Of a stretch of DNA of 64,000 bases, positions 38,960-51,484 are shown piece after piece. The notes beneath the pieces are model-generated. The model was not told the DNA's origin, made no database searches, and worked only from the letters and a program-made list of their open reading frames with translations. Numbering within the stretch: the first letter of the stretch is position 1; every line of letters starts with the position of its first letter. The DNA comes from Lama guanicoe. Its lineage: Eukaryota. Position numbers and translations under genes: made by a program. The stretch covers positions 8,761,231 through 8,825,230 of the forward strand of contig MU054187.1 of the NCBI GenBank assembly GCA_013239625.1. The letters run 5' to 3'.

Positions 38960-39480
38960 GGGGGGAAGAGACAGAAGGAATCATAGCGTGCGAATAGGGC
39001 AAGGTCAGTTTGGAAAAGGGCAGAAGGTCAGGGTCGCTGTAGTATAGAGTGTGGAGACAGTGGCAAGAAATGAGGTTGCAGGGGTAAGTGGATACCAAAT
39101 TGTAAAGTCTCTTGCTTGTCACACGAATCAAAGAATCCTGTGGACAAGGAGGAAATACTGGAGATGCTGGGGGCGGGGATGATGTGATCAAATGTATTTT
39201 AAGGAAGGTCATACCAGTGCACCTGCTAGAAGATGGGCGAGGACGAGGAGAGAAGTCGGGAAGGAGGCCGTCCCTACAGTCCAGATGACAGACAATGAGA
39301 ACCTGGACTGAAGCAATGACAGGGGGCATCTCTGGACTAGGAGTGCCTTGATTTGGTTAACAATTAACTGTAGGTGTGTATGTAATTAACAATTAAATGC
39401 ACTGGTAACTATGGAGGTTCCAGTTTGAGGGAAAACATTGAGCTCAGTTTGGAACAGGTCAAAATCAAAGTGCTGAGGAC
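38960..39480 (-). mobile_element. LINE-2 ORF2 fragment, antisense
   Basis: ORF 38832..39329(-) 'SVQVLIVCHLDCRDGLL' resembles L2 'LVQALIISRLDYCNSLL'. Confidence 0.7.
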
Positions 39481-42400
39481 ACTCTGGTTACTTCCCGTTG
39501 CACGCACCTCTTTCCACCTATCCCGTCCAACAATTGCGTGCCAGCAACCTGCCATCCACAGCCATGGTCTCCGGGTCACGTGTCTACCTTCCAGACTAAA
39601 CGTCACCCAAAGACACAGGAGGTTTTACCACCGGGGAAAGCAAGTCTGGGAGCAGGGCCTGTGCCTTTGATTGGCACGGGTGCAAACACACGAAGGTTGA
39701 CAACATCACATTATTTTTTCTATATCTCATGGTCCAATTGCTGATTTTTCAATCATTTATACTGCCTCCTCTGACATTATTTTAATCATAGTCTTTAAAA
39801 ACCTTGGCTGCGAGTCACTTTTGCAAAATGTGCTCTGAAAGAGTGGCTGATCTCCTGTCTTTTCTTGTAGGAAATTTCAGTGCCTAATTGCCTACAAGTG
39901 GATCTTTATGCCCTGCCTGCCCAGCCCATTCTCATCACGGTATGGTTCCAGGTTACCGGACTCCTCCCCATTTTCTTCACCCTGCTGTGGCCGAGGACAC
40001 TAGGGCCCAAGAGACTGGACTGTTAAGTCCCTGTAATTTTTTCTGCCCATAGTCAGGATGAGATGCAGGGCCTCTGCGATCATGGAGCCTGCACAGTTAG
40101 GGGTCAAATGACTGAGATGTGAAAAGATGAGAGCTACAGAATGTTGAAATCAGGCAATTCCCCGACAGGTTTTGACATCAGTAGCATCTGCAAACGTTTC
40201 TCCTTTTCATAATCTTGTGTGGAAGCTCTGGAGGCACAGGAAGTATCTTTATTCCTCTCAGACATCACCAAGGTTAAAGTGCACTCGCTGTTTGTATTTC
40301 AGCCAAGACATTTTTTTCCAAATCAAGAGGAAAGTGGACACAGAGTTGAGGGAACAATGACTTTCAGATCACTAGCTCTTTTTCCGTCTTGCTGCAGACT
40401 GTCCAGTCAGTAATTTACCCTTGGACATTTTTAGTCTCAGGTCAGACATCCTTCTGCCATTTGGCATTCTCCCAGGCCCCATCCTTCTCCATCAGTCAGT
40501 GTAAACATTAGCCAAGCATAATTAGGAAGGTAAATCTGCTGTGGAAATGATCATGATTTCATTTAGACTTAGTCAGTGTTAAACAATGAGTTGTCAGTTA
40601 ATTTTCTTTTCCTGGAAGTTTAAAAACAAACAACAGACTAATCACCCAGACACATCTAAACTGTGTCTAAGTCAACCCCGCAGCGCATTTTTCTGATCCC
40701 AATAGCTGTGTTCTCATTTCAGCACAAAGAAATGAGTCTTTGGGTAGGAAGACAGGAGCGCAAAGATTGAAGGGAGACTAGCAGGCACCCCTGTGTACCA
40801 GGACCCTCCTGGATCATTTAGGTATTTCCGCCGCTAACAAAACTTACTACTTACACTGCTTTGCAGAACTGACAGTCTGTTGTGCCAGAATGATCAACAT
40901 TAGCAGGGAGCATCGCACTGTTCAGCTGTGGATTTAGTCTGGAGTCACAGAAGAGGATAATATGCCTGCGAGTAGCACCTCTCAGAGTGTGAAGTGCACC
41001 TCCTGGGCTGGCAATCTAACCCTGGCTCTGGCAGGGCCCCAAGCAAGGTGAAGGAAAGGGAGGGAGGAATGAATGAATCATGTCTCCTCTTTCACTTGGG
41101 ATTTGCCAAAACTAGAACCTGGCACTGAATGCTCAGAGCTGAAATACTCCACAGTTAGTTCCTTTCGTGTGCTGGATCGAAACGGATCCGGCTTAGGAAA
41201 GTCGAAAAATGAGCACTGGAGGCTCTCCCCATATGGCAGAAGTAAGAGCCTTTTCTTCCCCAACATCCCAGTGTTGGCATGTTTCTAATGTTCTGCCTTC
41301 AGAAGAGATCTGGATCTGAGATTCCAAACATTGAGTCTTGAGAAGTTCTTTCAGCGATGCCTTCAAGATTACGGTGCAGCCTGAAGGTTCCCAGCAGAGC
41401 CAACAGCAGTGTTCTCTGCACACACGAGGAGCTAGCCACCTCCACGCACCACAATACATTAAGCATCTCATAGTAAATACTCTTGCTGAAATAAAAGCCT
41501 TTATTTTCTCAGCCTCAAATGAATTATAAAGATAATCCATTTACCAGTTACATATATGCCCAGTGGAAGTTGTTACGGTGCAGTGAAACGTGCATCTCCT
41601 GTCCAAAGATGATGCTACGGTTAGACTGGGGGACCGGGCTCTCTCTCCAACAAGGGTGATGTGTTCACACACAGCTCATGACGTGCTTTCTGTTCCTCTT
41701 GCTGATCCCCATTTGTCAGATAGTTCGCCAGAATTGGGGCCATCATGGCAAAATATGTTAAAGCTTATGCATTATTGTTACTATCAATGTTAACTTTTTT
41801 TTTTACTGCCAACAAAATCTGCATAATCTGTAGAGCGAGTTTTTTTAAATGTTGTAAGCTACACGATGAAGCAAGTAAGCCCCTTACATACATTATATCC
41901 CATATCCCATATCCCATATGTATGTTAAACTGCTTAAGGTAAAATATTATTTTCAGTAAATAAATTATTATTAAAAGAAGAATGATTGTAAGGATGATAA
42001 TTAAATAGAGTTATAAAGAGAATCAATGAACTCTTTCTCAAGAGGTGTATGATATGACTTCTTATTTTATTGCTTTAGACCAAAAAGTAGTACAAAACTG
42101 AGAAAACAAAACATAGGTACAAAGTGATGCTTAAATTATAAAACTAAATAAAACTAAAGTTGAAATGAACTACTCAGCATTCATTCTGGAAAACAACTAT
42201 GCAACTATACCTCCATCTCTTTTCAACTCCAGGTTTCAAGTAACTTTAGCTTAGTTTTTGTCAAGAACTCAGTGCACATAATATCTCCAAAATTCAAGTG
42301 GTGGGTCACTATCAGACAGTAACTTACCATTTCTAATACTAATCAAGAGAAAATGCTAATTAAAATCCATTTAGGAACTTATCTCATGGTTTTAGATAAA

Positions 42401-42779
42401 CAGATAAATGAGAGATGACAAGTTTCCCCATCTTGCAAGCTCCAGAGATAGGTTCACTAGCTAAGCAGGTAACATTTGACTAAAACAATATAATATTATG
42501 AGGACATAGATTAGATAATCTCTTTTTAATTTGATACTATTATTCCCTTCTTCCCCCATTGACAGGACGTGTGCTTCGAAGCAGTGCGATGTGAAAACAA
42601 GAAGTATGTAGTCAGAAAATACGGGGCCTTTGCTCTACCATTTACAAAATCAGCTTTATAACTGAAATAATAACAATAATTTCCCTACATTCTTTACATG
42701 GTGACTTTCAAATGCCAAGGAAATAAGAGAGCAAAATTATTTGGAGGCTTTACATAGTTCCTGCAAGAAAAGCAACACA

Positions 42780-43190
42780 GCAAAGAGTGTGTCCCTCTAG
42801 GATATGTTTGTTCCACTGCAGGAGGTGCCCCTCGGAGCATCTGACGAGCCGTAACACCAGACACGGAAATTCAGACTCTCAGGCCACTCTGACAAGATTC
42901 TCAGATAATTACATGCATGCCAAAGTTTAAAAACTGTCTAAAGTTCTAGAATTGTTCATAGGGGAGGATCAAAATATTGTGCAAATGTAGATTCAGTTTA
43001 GGGTATACATGATAAAATTTCAAGCGTAATCACTTTTTCCAAAGTGTGCAAATTTCAAAAAGACTGAACCCGGTTTCCCACCGCAGAGACTGTGATTGAA
43101 TTGGTCCGTGGCATGAAACTGAGATTATGATTTTTGAAAACTTCCCCAGACACTTGCGATGTATAGTCAAGGTGGAGACACAGTGTGCTA
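42780..43190. mobile_element. Two degenerate MER5A/MER5B-like MITE remnants
   Basis: 'acaagattctcagataattacatgcatgccaaagtttaaaaac' and 'tttttgaaaacttccccaga...gatgtatagtcaaggtggagacac'. Confidence 0.5.
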
Positions 43191-43402
43191 AGTCACTGAG
43201 CTCAGATAAATATTTTCTTAGTATCTAGAACTTGATGGGTGCTAAATATAAAATGAATACTCTTCAATATGTCCTAAAGAAAAGAAAAGATGCCCAACTA
43301 AATAACAAACACATATGATGGAGGAGTAAATTTTCTACCTTGTTAAGAAAAGGTGAAGACAATGGGTAGCCAAGGAATAAGATAATCCACACTCTAAAAT
43401 AG

Positions 43403-43517
43403 GGAATATGAAGAAGAATACGTGTGTGTCTGTGTGTGTATAACTGAATCACCGTGCTGTACACCAGAGACTAATGCAACATTATAAATCGACTCTACTT
43501 CAATAAAAAAAAAGAAA
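43403..43517 (+). mobile_element. Severely 5'-truncated cetartiodactyl L1 3' end with TSD
   Basis: 'tataactgaatcaccgtgctgtacaccagagactaatgcaacattataaatcgactctacttcaata(a)n'. TSD AAAATAG at 43396-43402 and 43518-43524, at a T/AAAA endonuclease-like site. Confidence 0.85.
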
Positions 43518-43534
43518 AAAATAGTTCTAAACTC

Positions 43535-44110
43535 TGTATGAGTTTTGTATTGCTGCTATAACAAATTACTACACACTTACTTGCTTAGAGCAACACATTT
43601 ATCTTACAGGTCAAAGTCCAACAGGGATCTCCCTGAGCTAAAATCAAGGTGTTGAGCACTGTGCCCCTTTCTGGAGGCTCCAGGAAGAATCTATTTTCTG
43701 CTTATTCAGGTTGTTGGAAGAATTCGGTTCCTTGCAATTGTAGGTCTGAGGTCCCTGTTTTCTTGTCAGCTATCAACTGAAGTTTGCTCCCTTGTTCTAG
43801 AAGCCGCCTGCTTTCCATAAATTATGGTCTCCCTCTCCCATTTTCAAAGCCAGCAATGATGGGTCAAGCCCCTCTCACACTTCAGATCTCTCCTGCCTCT
43901 TCTTCCTGTCTCATCTGTCTCCTCTGCCTCCCACATCCACTGTTAAGGACCCCTGTAGTTACATTGGGTCTACCCACATAATCCGGAATAACTCTTTATT
44001 TTAAAATCCACAATCTTAATTCCATCTCAAAGTTCCTTTGATGTGTAAGATAACATACTCACAGGAATTTGGGCGTGCACATCATTGGGGCCATTATTCT
44101 GCCAACTACA
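43535..44110 (-). mobile_element. MLT1E-like MaLR solo LTR
   Basis: 'tgctgctataacaaattac...ggttgttggaagaattcggttccttgcaattgtaggtctgaggtccc...ggggccattattctgccaactaca'. Confidence 0.85.
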
Positions 44111-44259
44111 CCCACCTTCACTGGACAGAGGCCACAATGTACATTCAGTAGGTCCCTCTTCTCTGCCTACTGGAAAGATAACAATTAGGAAACAAGCTTC
44201 AGACAAGGTTAGGAGTGAATCTAACAGTATCTGTATGTACATGCCATCAGAATGTTTCA

Positions 44260-44780
44260 GGCATTCACTCGGGGTCATTAAAGAAAGGCTTACTAAATGC
44301 CTATTGCAGACCAAAAGCCTTAGGGTGAGTACTAAACAAAAGATGGCCAAGTGCTGGTCCCCGAACTGCAGGAGCCGCCAGCGAAGTGACAGGCAAGGAA
44401 GTCAACCAACCACAATGCCATGCGGCAAGTGTGTGGTGAAGGTGGGTCTGAGGGCAGGGAGGAAGAAGCAGACACATGGAGAAGGGGATTCCAAGGAGGC
44501 TCCTAGAAGGAAGTGCAGCCTGAATAACTGGATGACACACACACAAAAGCTGGAGTGTCTGGTGTGATGCAGTCTGGGACACATTTGGGGAGCAATGGGA
44601 GATGCGAGGAGAGGAAGGCAGGAGACAGTTCACCAGCATCATGTATGTGCATCATAATAGGGTCTGGATGGTACCACAAAGGCATTGGGAAACCACTGAA
44701 GGATTTTAAGCAGAGATGTAATCAGATTTTCTTTTTCGAAAGATCACTCATGAAACAGATAGGGAAGAACTAAAAGAGGA
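44260..44780 (-). mobile_element. LINE-2 fragment, antisense
   Basis: 'ggcattgggaaaccactgaaggattttaagcagag...tttcgaaagatcactc'. Confidence 0.65.
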
Positions 44781-45719
44781 AACTTGAAAATAATTTCCAG
44801 CCCACTCACTCAGGGATAAAAGAAATCTATACAGCCATATATAATAAAATTAAACCTTAGAAGCTGGGATGAGGAGCTGTTAAAAGTTAATTCCTCTTTT
44901 AGTCTCAATTTATAAATTCTTGGTGGTAATTGTATAGGGACAATCTGAAGGCACATTTTTTTTTTCCTCCATAAGGTGTTGTGGCAATGTTCCAGGGAGA
45001 TCTGGAAACGGGCGCAGCAGATCTCAAACTTAGCCCATCACCCAAGAGCACAAGAGCTGCCCCCACACCATCTTCATGGCTTTATTCAAACCACAACCTT
45101 CCCTCCCATAGGCCCACTCAACTCCCTCCATAGATAGACTCCTAAGAAATCATATCACATTTTAAATCCAGCAAAAGACATTTCTATTTAAAGAAATCCT
45201 ATAATTCCAGACCATATTTTCTGCAAAGAAGAGTAATATATTTCATAACCCAAAATTCAGAAAAATATAAAGCAGTTTTGCTGCAAATTCTTCAATTTTT
45301 TCCTATAAGAACACTTCTAAAAATGTGATCATACTCTAATGTTTTTCTGTTATCTCCTGTTTTTAAACTTAATATATTAGGTGAATTATTTTGTCCTAAA
45401 ATATTATTCTAAAATATAGTTTAAATGACCACAGAGAAGTCCATTATATGATAGTACTATAATTTTCTTTAACAATAACCTATTAATCCCCTAGTATTGA
45501 TTCTTTCTTTTTTTTTTTGCTTTTTTGACACAATTAATACTACAATAAAAATATTTTAAGCATCTTTGGTTTTCTGAGAATAAACTCCTTTTGAAATTTT
45601 TTTCTTTCTTATGCATTCATAATTTAATTTAAAAAAAAAGTTAGTCACAATTCTTTTTGGTCATTGGCTGAAATCAGCAGGAAGAGAATATTTTAGAACC
45701 AGGGATTAACAACACAGAG

Positions 45720-45890
45720 AAGGATACAAATGCTCATTAAACATCTACCCCGGAACAGCCACTATGCCAAGCACTGGGGATACAACCACAGCAAGATCCA
45801 CATGGCCTCCCCCTCCCTGAGTTCACCATCTAACCAGGTAGAAACACTTAGAGAAATGACACCAGAGAATGATATGAGAATGACATTAGA
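45720..45890 (-). mobile_element. LINE-2 3' end, antisense
   Basis: 'caaatgctcattaaacatctacc...cactatgccaagcactggggatac'. Confidence 0.6.
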
Positions 45891-47624
45891 ACTAATGCCA
45901 AAAATTGCACCTATAAATAATTTTTTCAGGGCTACTAATTTTTAAGCCTCATTGTCTATTAATTCCTCATCCTTCACAAATATTAATCAAAGTTACCCCC
46001 ACATCTATACTAGTTTCTTTCATTAGATCTTAGACCCTTATGCATCAGAGAACATTTTGCCTTTGTTAGGACTGTAACATCTTGTCTTGAATTTTGAAAA
46101 ATGGCTCCTTTCTCCGATAGAAGGTCACTCAGCCAAACCCTATTAACCCTGCCCTGATGGTATTTTTGGATCCTGATTTGTAGATGGATGTTTGAGGAAC
46201 ACAGACCTCTTTCTTGGTCCCCCAGGCGGCATCTTCCAGGTAACCACAAGCTTACATTTGTTTTAAAGGTTCCCAAATTTATGTTTCTTAGTATAAAACA
46301 AAGAATGAACTAGATGATCCGCTTAGCTTTTAAGACTTAAATGCAATCATCTCCCTCACTACTTGCACCAAGCTAGGCACTTTTTAACTCAAAGGCTTCC
46401 AACAGAAAAGAATATTTGAAAAACAAAAGGGAAGGACAAATGGTAGGGGGGTAGGAGTGCAAACTTTTTCGGAAGAATGTGCTAAACTCTTTCACTGTTT
46501 AATAGATAAGAATGAATACTGCTGTTTAACTAGATCCAGTCTCTGAAATATCTAATTAAAACTGATGTGCTTATTTAGTTTCCAATTCATCACAGGTGGG
46601 CCCACATTAATGTGAAAATGAGAGTAAATTACCAGCATTTGGCAATCTCACTGAATGTCATTCACATTATTAGCTCAAACCTCAAAATGCATTTTAAAAT
46701 GTGGTTCACAGGTAGGGCACTGCCTCTCCACACAAATAAAAATCTTCACTGGTGGGCGGATGGAGTTTCACTTCTGGGTAGGGGGCCACCAGTGGCAAAG
46801 TCCACCTGCTCCCGACGCCTCACCTGTGAAGCCATGGAGAGGGTGGTGGGAAGGGACGCTCTGTTTCTTCCTAGTCTTCACATCTCCTGGGAGTGACTGT
46901 TTAGCTTGGCTCCACTCTCTTCTACCTTGTCAACCAGAACTTTGTATAAAATTCAGTTTATTTAACTTTATGGAGGGATTCTTTTCCAGTAGTCCTCAGG
47001 AAGGACGAGAAAGGATAGCAGGTGAGCAGATGGTTACAGCCCTGCTGCCCTTCACCTTTCCCTTCTCATATCTACAAAGTGTAGAGTCATCTTCCATTTA
47101 ATACGTCTGTAGAAGGCTCTCTGCAGCAACGTGCTGAATGCATTCTGGAATATTTCATAGATTAGAGTCTTCAGTGGCGATAGGACAACACTCAACTTTG
47201 TCCAGTCCACAAAACCCGCAGTGATGGATCCCAAAATCACTTTCATTTTCCACTTTTTCTACAGCTTCCAAATCCACGTGGAAGATCATTTATTTCGCTG
47301 TTAAAGCACCCATTGTTACAGGCTAATTTATAAACAGAATAAATTATTTCAGAAAGAAGATCAAGAAAGCTCTCTTTAAACATACACTCACATATTCACA
47401 TCCCTTTTATCTACCTGTAATGCCCCAAGTCCTAAATGGAAATTTATTCTTTCAGCTTAAAGTTCTGACTACTTCAGATTGAAAATTCAGTTTCTTGAAT
47501 ATGAATAACCAATAAATAGATGATATGGTGCTTAAACTCACTAGGAGTCTGGCTGGTATTAATTAAAGTAACGATGGAAGAACCCATGTTCACCTACAAG
47601 CTTGATAAAAGTTTATAAAACCAA

Positions 47625-48080
47625 GAACATGCGGGGCTGGTGAGGACGTGGACAGCTCCTTCTCAGGCACTGGTGGTAGGACCATGAATTGCTACAAACT
47701 TTTCATAAAAATAATCTGGCCAATTTTACCTGATGTGTATTTTATAACAATTGACCATTTTAATAATCATAAATAATAATAAGCTAGCAGTAGCTATTAC
47801 ATTAAATATATCCAAACCCACTGGCTCATCTCCACCTCTCAATCTTTGGGACTCTAACCAACAGAAACCAATATAGTTGTGCATAAGGATATACGTAAAA
47901 AAAAAATTTAATTGCAGCATTGTTTGTGACAGTGTGAGGGGGGTGGATAGCTGAATATATTGAAGTATATTAATCCTATGAAAAGTTATGCATTTTTTAA
48001 TGAATCATTTATTATTTATTAAGCTGAAAAAAATCCATGAAATACATAGTTGAGTGAGAAAAAAAAGTTACAGACTCTGA
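47625..48080 (+). mobile_element. Ancient L1ME-like fragment
   Basis: 'tggtgaggacgtggacagctccttctcaggcactggtggtagg' and 'attgcagcattgtttgt'. Confidence 0.55.
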
Positions 48081-48097
48081 ATAAGAGATCATACACT

Positions 48098-48290
48098 GCA
48101 GTGGTTCCAGGCATGGACTCTGGAGCTAGATATTGTTTTACAGCCTATATTTTTAGCAGTGTGGCCTTAGATAAGGTTCTTAATCTCTCCAAAGCTCAGT
48201 TTCCTCATCTATAAAGTGGGTATAAAAATAATAGTGATGGTACCATCCATATCACAGGGCTTGAGTAAATATTAACTAAAAAGGGTATAA
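48098..48290 (+). mobile_element. MIR SINE
   Basis: 'gcatggactctggagctaga...ctcagtttcctcatctataaagtggg'. Confidence 0.8.
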
Positions 48291-48444
48291 TGGGGAGACT
48301 GAAAGACACAAAGTATGCAGCCAATTGATGCTAATTCCCTTCTCCCTTCACCTCTGAAATGAATCTGTTTCAGAGTCCTGCTTGAACGCCCTGGCGAGGA
48401 GAAAGCCTGGGGACCATCAACAGTAATTCAACTCAATGGAAATG

Positions 48445-48722
48445 AGCAGCCTTGAGGTTAGATCTGGCTTCAAATCTCTGTTCTGCCACTTGATGACTAT
48501 GTGAGCTTGGGAGCCTCATTTCTGTACCTCATAACAGTTCTTGTAAGGAATAAATCAGATGTGTGCAATGCACACAGTTGTGTGTCTCTGTGTGTGTGTG
48601 TGTGTGTGTGTGCTTTGCCCCAGAGGATATGTCCAAAATTTTAACCCCTCATGTTGCATGGATACCAATTAACTGGAATGATCCTTGGTTGTTGGCACAT
48701 AGTAGGTGCTCAATAAATATAC
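48445..48722 (+). mobile_element. MIR SINE remnant containing a (TG)n microsatellite (48589-48612)
   Basis: 'ctggcttcaaatctctgttctgccactt' and 'ggcacatagtaggtgctcaataaatat'. Confidence 0.65.
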
Positions 48723-49249
48723 ATTTTAATTTCTTTATTTCTCTTATTTAATAAAAAAACTTATTTTTGAGTACTTAATTTGAGCTCAGTAATATACTTT
48801 CCTTGATGGGAAAGGAAAATTCTGATATTCAGATAAATAAAAGGGAAAGAATTTTTGTGCAAAGGCAGTTGAACCAAGTTTCACTGCTTTGCAGCTGTTC
48901 CTAGATCAGTGCCATATACTCATCAGTAGACCAAAAAATTAAACAAAACCAAACCCTCACATTCCTCACAGCAGTGTGACTTTACTGCAAAGTTCCTATA
49001 ATAAAATGCCACAGCAACACCGAACAGGGAAGTCCAGAGAGAGAGGAGCTGTACATTTAACTTCACAGTCAAAGAAAGGGCAGGGAAATGGGAGGCTCAG
49101 CATGGCTACCATTCCCTAACCAAGATGACACTAATGGAATTTGTGATTGCTAGAAAAGAGGACCACTACACTCCCCAGAAAAAGAAAAACATTGTTTCAC
49201 TAAATGGGTGGGGGTTTTTCTCATGTACTGAGAAGGCTAGGGCAGTTGC

Positions 49250-49690
49250 AATGGAACCAAGCTCCTGTTATCCTTTGACCCAGTCACCCTTCGAATGAGT
49301 TTGTCTCCTCATGGTCATGAGATAGCTGCTGCAACTCCAACCATCACATCTACATTCTGCCAGAAGAATGGAAGGCAGAGTGATCGACTTATCCAGTCTT
49401 CCTGGGACTGTCTGGGCTTTAAGACTGAAAGTCTGACCTCTCTGAAACTCCCACAATTCCAGGCAAACCAGGACAGTTGTTCACCCCAAAGAGAAGGCAA
49501 CAGTCAGCTGGGTCTGTCCCACTGTCTTCAGGCTCTTTCTGAGAAGTCCTACCCAAACAACTTCACAAAACTCATTGGCTAGAAGTTAACCCTGTGATGC
49601 CCATTTGCAAGGAAGGCTGGGAAACGCACACGGCCACCGCACTGAACTCTGTGTCCTGGCAAGAAGAGGGGAGCTGGGCACTGAACAGGC
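49250..49690 (-). mobile_element. Old MLT1 (J/K-like) LTR fragment
   Basis: 'ctcatggtcatgagatagctgctgcaactccaaccatcacatctacattc' and 'ctcattggctagaa...gcaaggaaggctgggaaa'. Confidence 0.65.
49376..49488 (+). mobile_element. MER81-like hAT-Blackjack MITE nested in the MLT1
   Basis: About 113 bp, 'cagagtgatc...cctgggactgtc...actgaaagtc...ccaggcaaaccaggacagttgttcacccca'. Possible degenerate 8-bp TSD atggaagg/agagaagg. Confidence 0.7.
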
Positions 49691-51484
49691 CATCTCTTTC
49701 GCACTTGGTGAGCCCAGAATGGCACAGCCCATGGAGCCCCATATCACTCCTTAACCCTACAACCCTACTCTGAGCCCAAAAGCATTCTTAGAGTTCCTGC
49801 CACAACAGAGGTGATAACACTCAGGAATTTAGCAAATCAGAGGACCATCGAGTTGAGAAAAGCTGGGGTGGGGCTACTGAAACTGTTAACTGCCGGAGGC
49901 TCCCTGTGGGCTCTGGAACTCAGGGTCCTGTGTAAAATGACCCCAGCAAGGCGGTAGGGACTGGTTTCGAATGACACCCCTCCCACGGGTGTGCATCTCT
50001 GTCTCGTATCTAAGCTCCAGCAAGCTGAGGAAGGAAGAAGGATGCCCAGTCCTACCAGCACTGACAGGGCCCTGATTAGGGATTAAGCTTTCTCCAGTCC
50101 CGTCTCCACCCAACCACAGAGTGTCGTTTTGAAGAATCATTTGTGGTAAATGAAGAGAGAGGAGCTATAAGGGCAAGAAATTGGTAGAAAATAATAGGAA
50201 AGAAGTGCTATGGTTTGATGAGGGTAATAACCTTTCTAAACTAGTGTCCTACTGCATTAGGTTTTCCATGAAATTATTTAAAACAGCAGGGAATCAAACA
50301 TCCCCACATTATTAACCTCCAGTGTGTGCTTACTGAAGAAAATCCAGAGAATATTTTATGCGTCTCGTGCAGAGGTTGAACCTTAACGTCACAGACGGAA
50401 GCAATGAAGCCATGGAGTCCTGCCTGGATTGTCTTCCTTTGACAACAGGAACCACAGCTGTATTTCCTGCCTGGTGAACATGCAAACTCGTTCTTCAGCC
50501 TATCGCGATAAGCAGAATGCCAGTCATCACTTTCTAGATTTTGGCAGCTTGTTATATAGAAGAATAGGGCTTGTTGGCAGCTGGTCCTCGCTTTTCAGGG
50601 AGTCAGGGTTAGGAGAAACACTAAAAAGTTGATACACAAAGTAGAGTATGCTTTTCAAATTCTTTCCCTAGGAGGAAACACGGTGGTCTGAAAACTTTGC
50701 TCCCCACCCCTCACCATAGACCTGAAATTGTTATAATGAACCATTACACTGCCTACATGAAGGAGAACAGCCAGCCACAGCTCATCACATTATTTGGGAG
50801 TAAATCTGTCACAACCTGAGTCACTGTAGACGCGTTATGGTCAAACATGTTGAATTATGTCTAGATTTTAGCATTAATTATAATAATTACACTATCACCA
50901 CCATTTCATCATAAAAACTAGTTTCATTATGACATTTTGTTCTTTGTTCCAGGACCTGCAAAATTCCCAAATTGCCACAGGAGTTTAGAAATGATGTTTG
51001 ATCAAGGTTACCAAATGTAAGTTTTTACAGATTTATGATTTTTTTAAATAGCATTCAAATAAATGATAATTAATATACAGGAAAGCTTGCTAAAACTGAT
51101 TGGATTCCATACTCCCTATAAGTTAGAAGGATTTAATTTTTGCATTTTTTCGAAGAACTGTGCATGTATAAATTATAGGTAGTTGTGAATTCCAAAGCTA
51201 TAAATATACTGGAGGACCCTGGTGGTATCATACCGAACAGCTGTTTGCAGAGAATAAGCCTCTCCAGTACCCCAGGGAAGGCACAGAATATTGAAACGTT
51301 GGCTAAATGTTCAAATCGTTCAAAGAATGAATACCTCTGAAAACAAAAGGAAAATATGAATGATGCCCTGGGTTTGAAGCTTGTTCTGAGTAAGCCCTGT
51401 CAAAAGCCATTTCCAGTCTTTCCTCTCCCTCCTCTCCTTTCCCTTCCCTTCCCTTCCTTTCCAGAGTAATATAGTTCAGAAGCT

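Noticed and set aside
41895..41919. (ATATCCC)x3 tandem and similar micro-duplications (about 2803-2824, 39357-39397)
   Set aside because: Ordinary slippage duplications.
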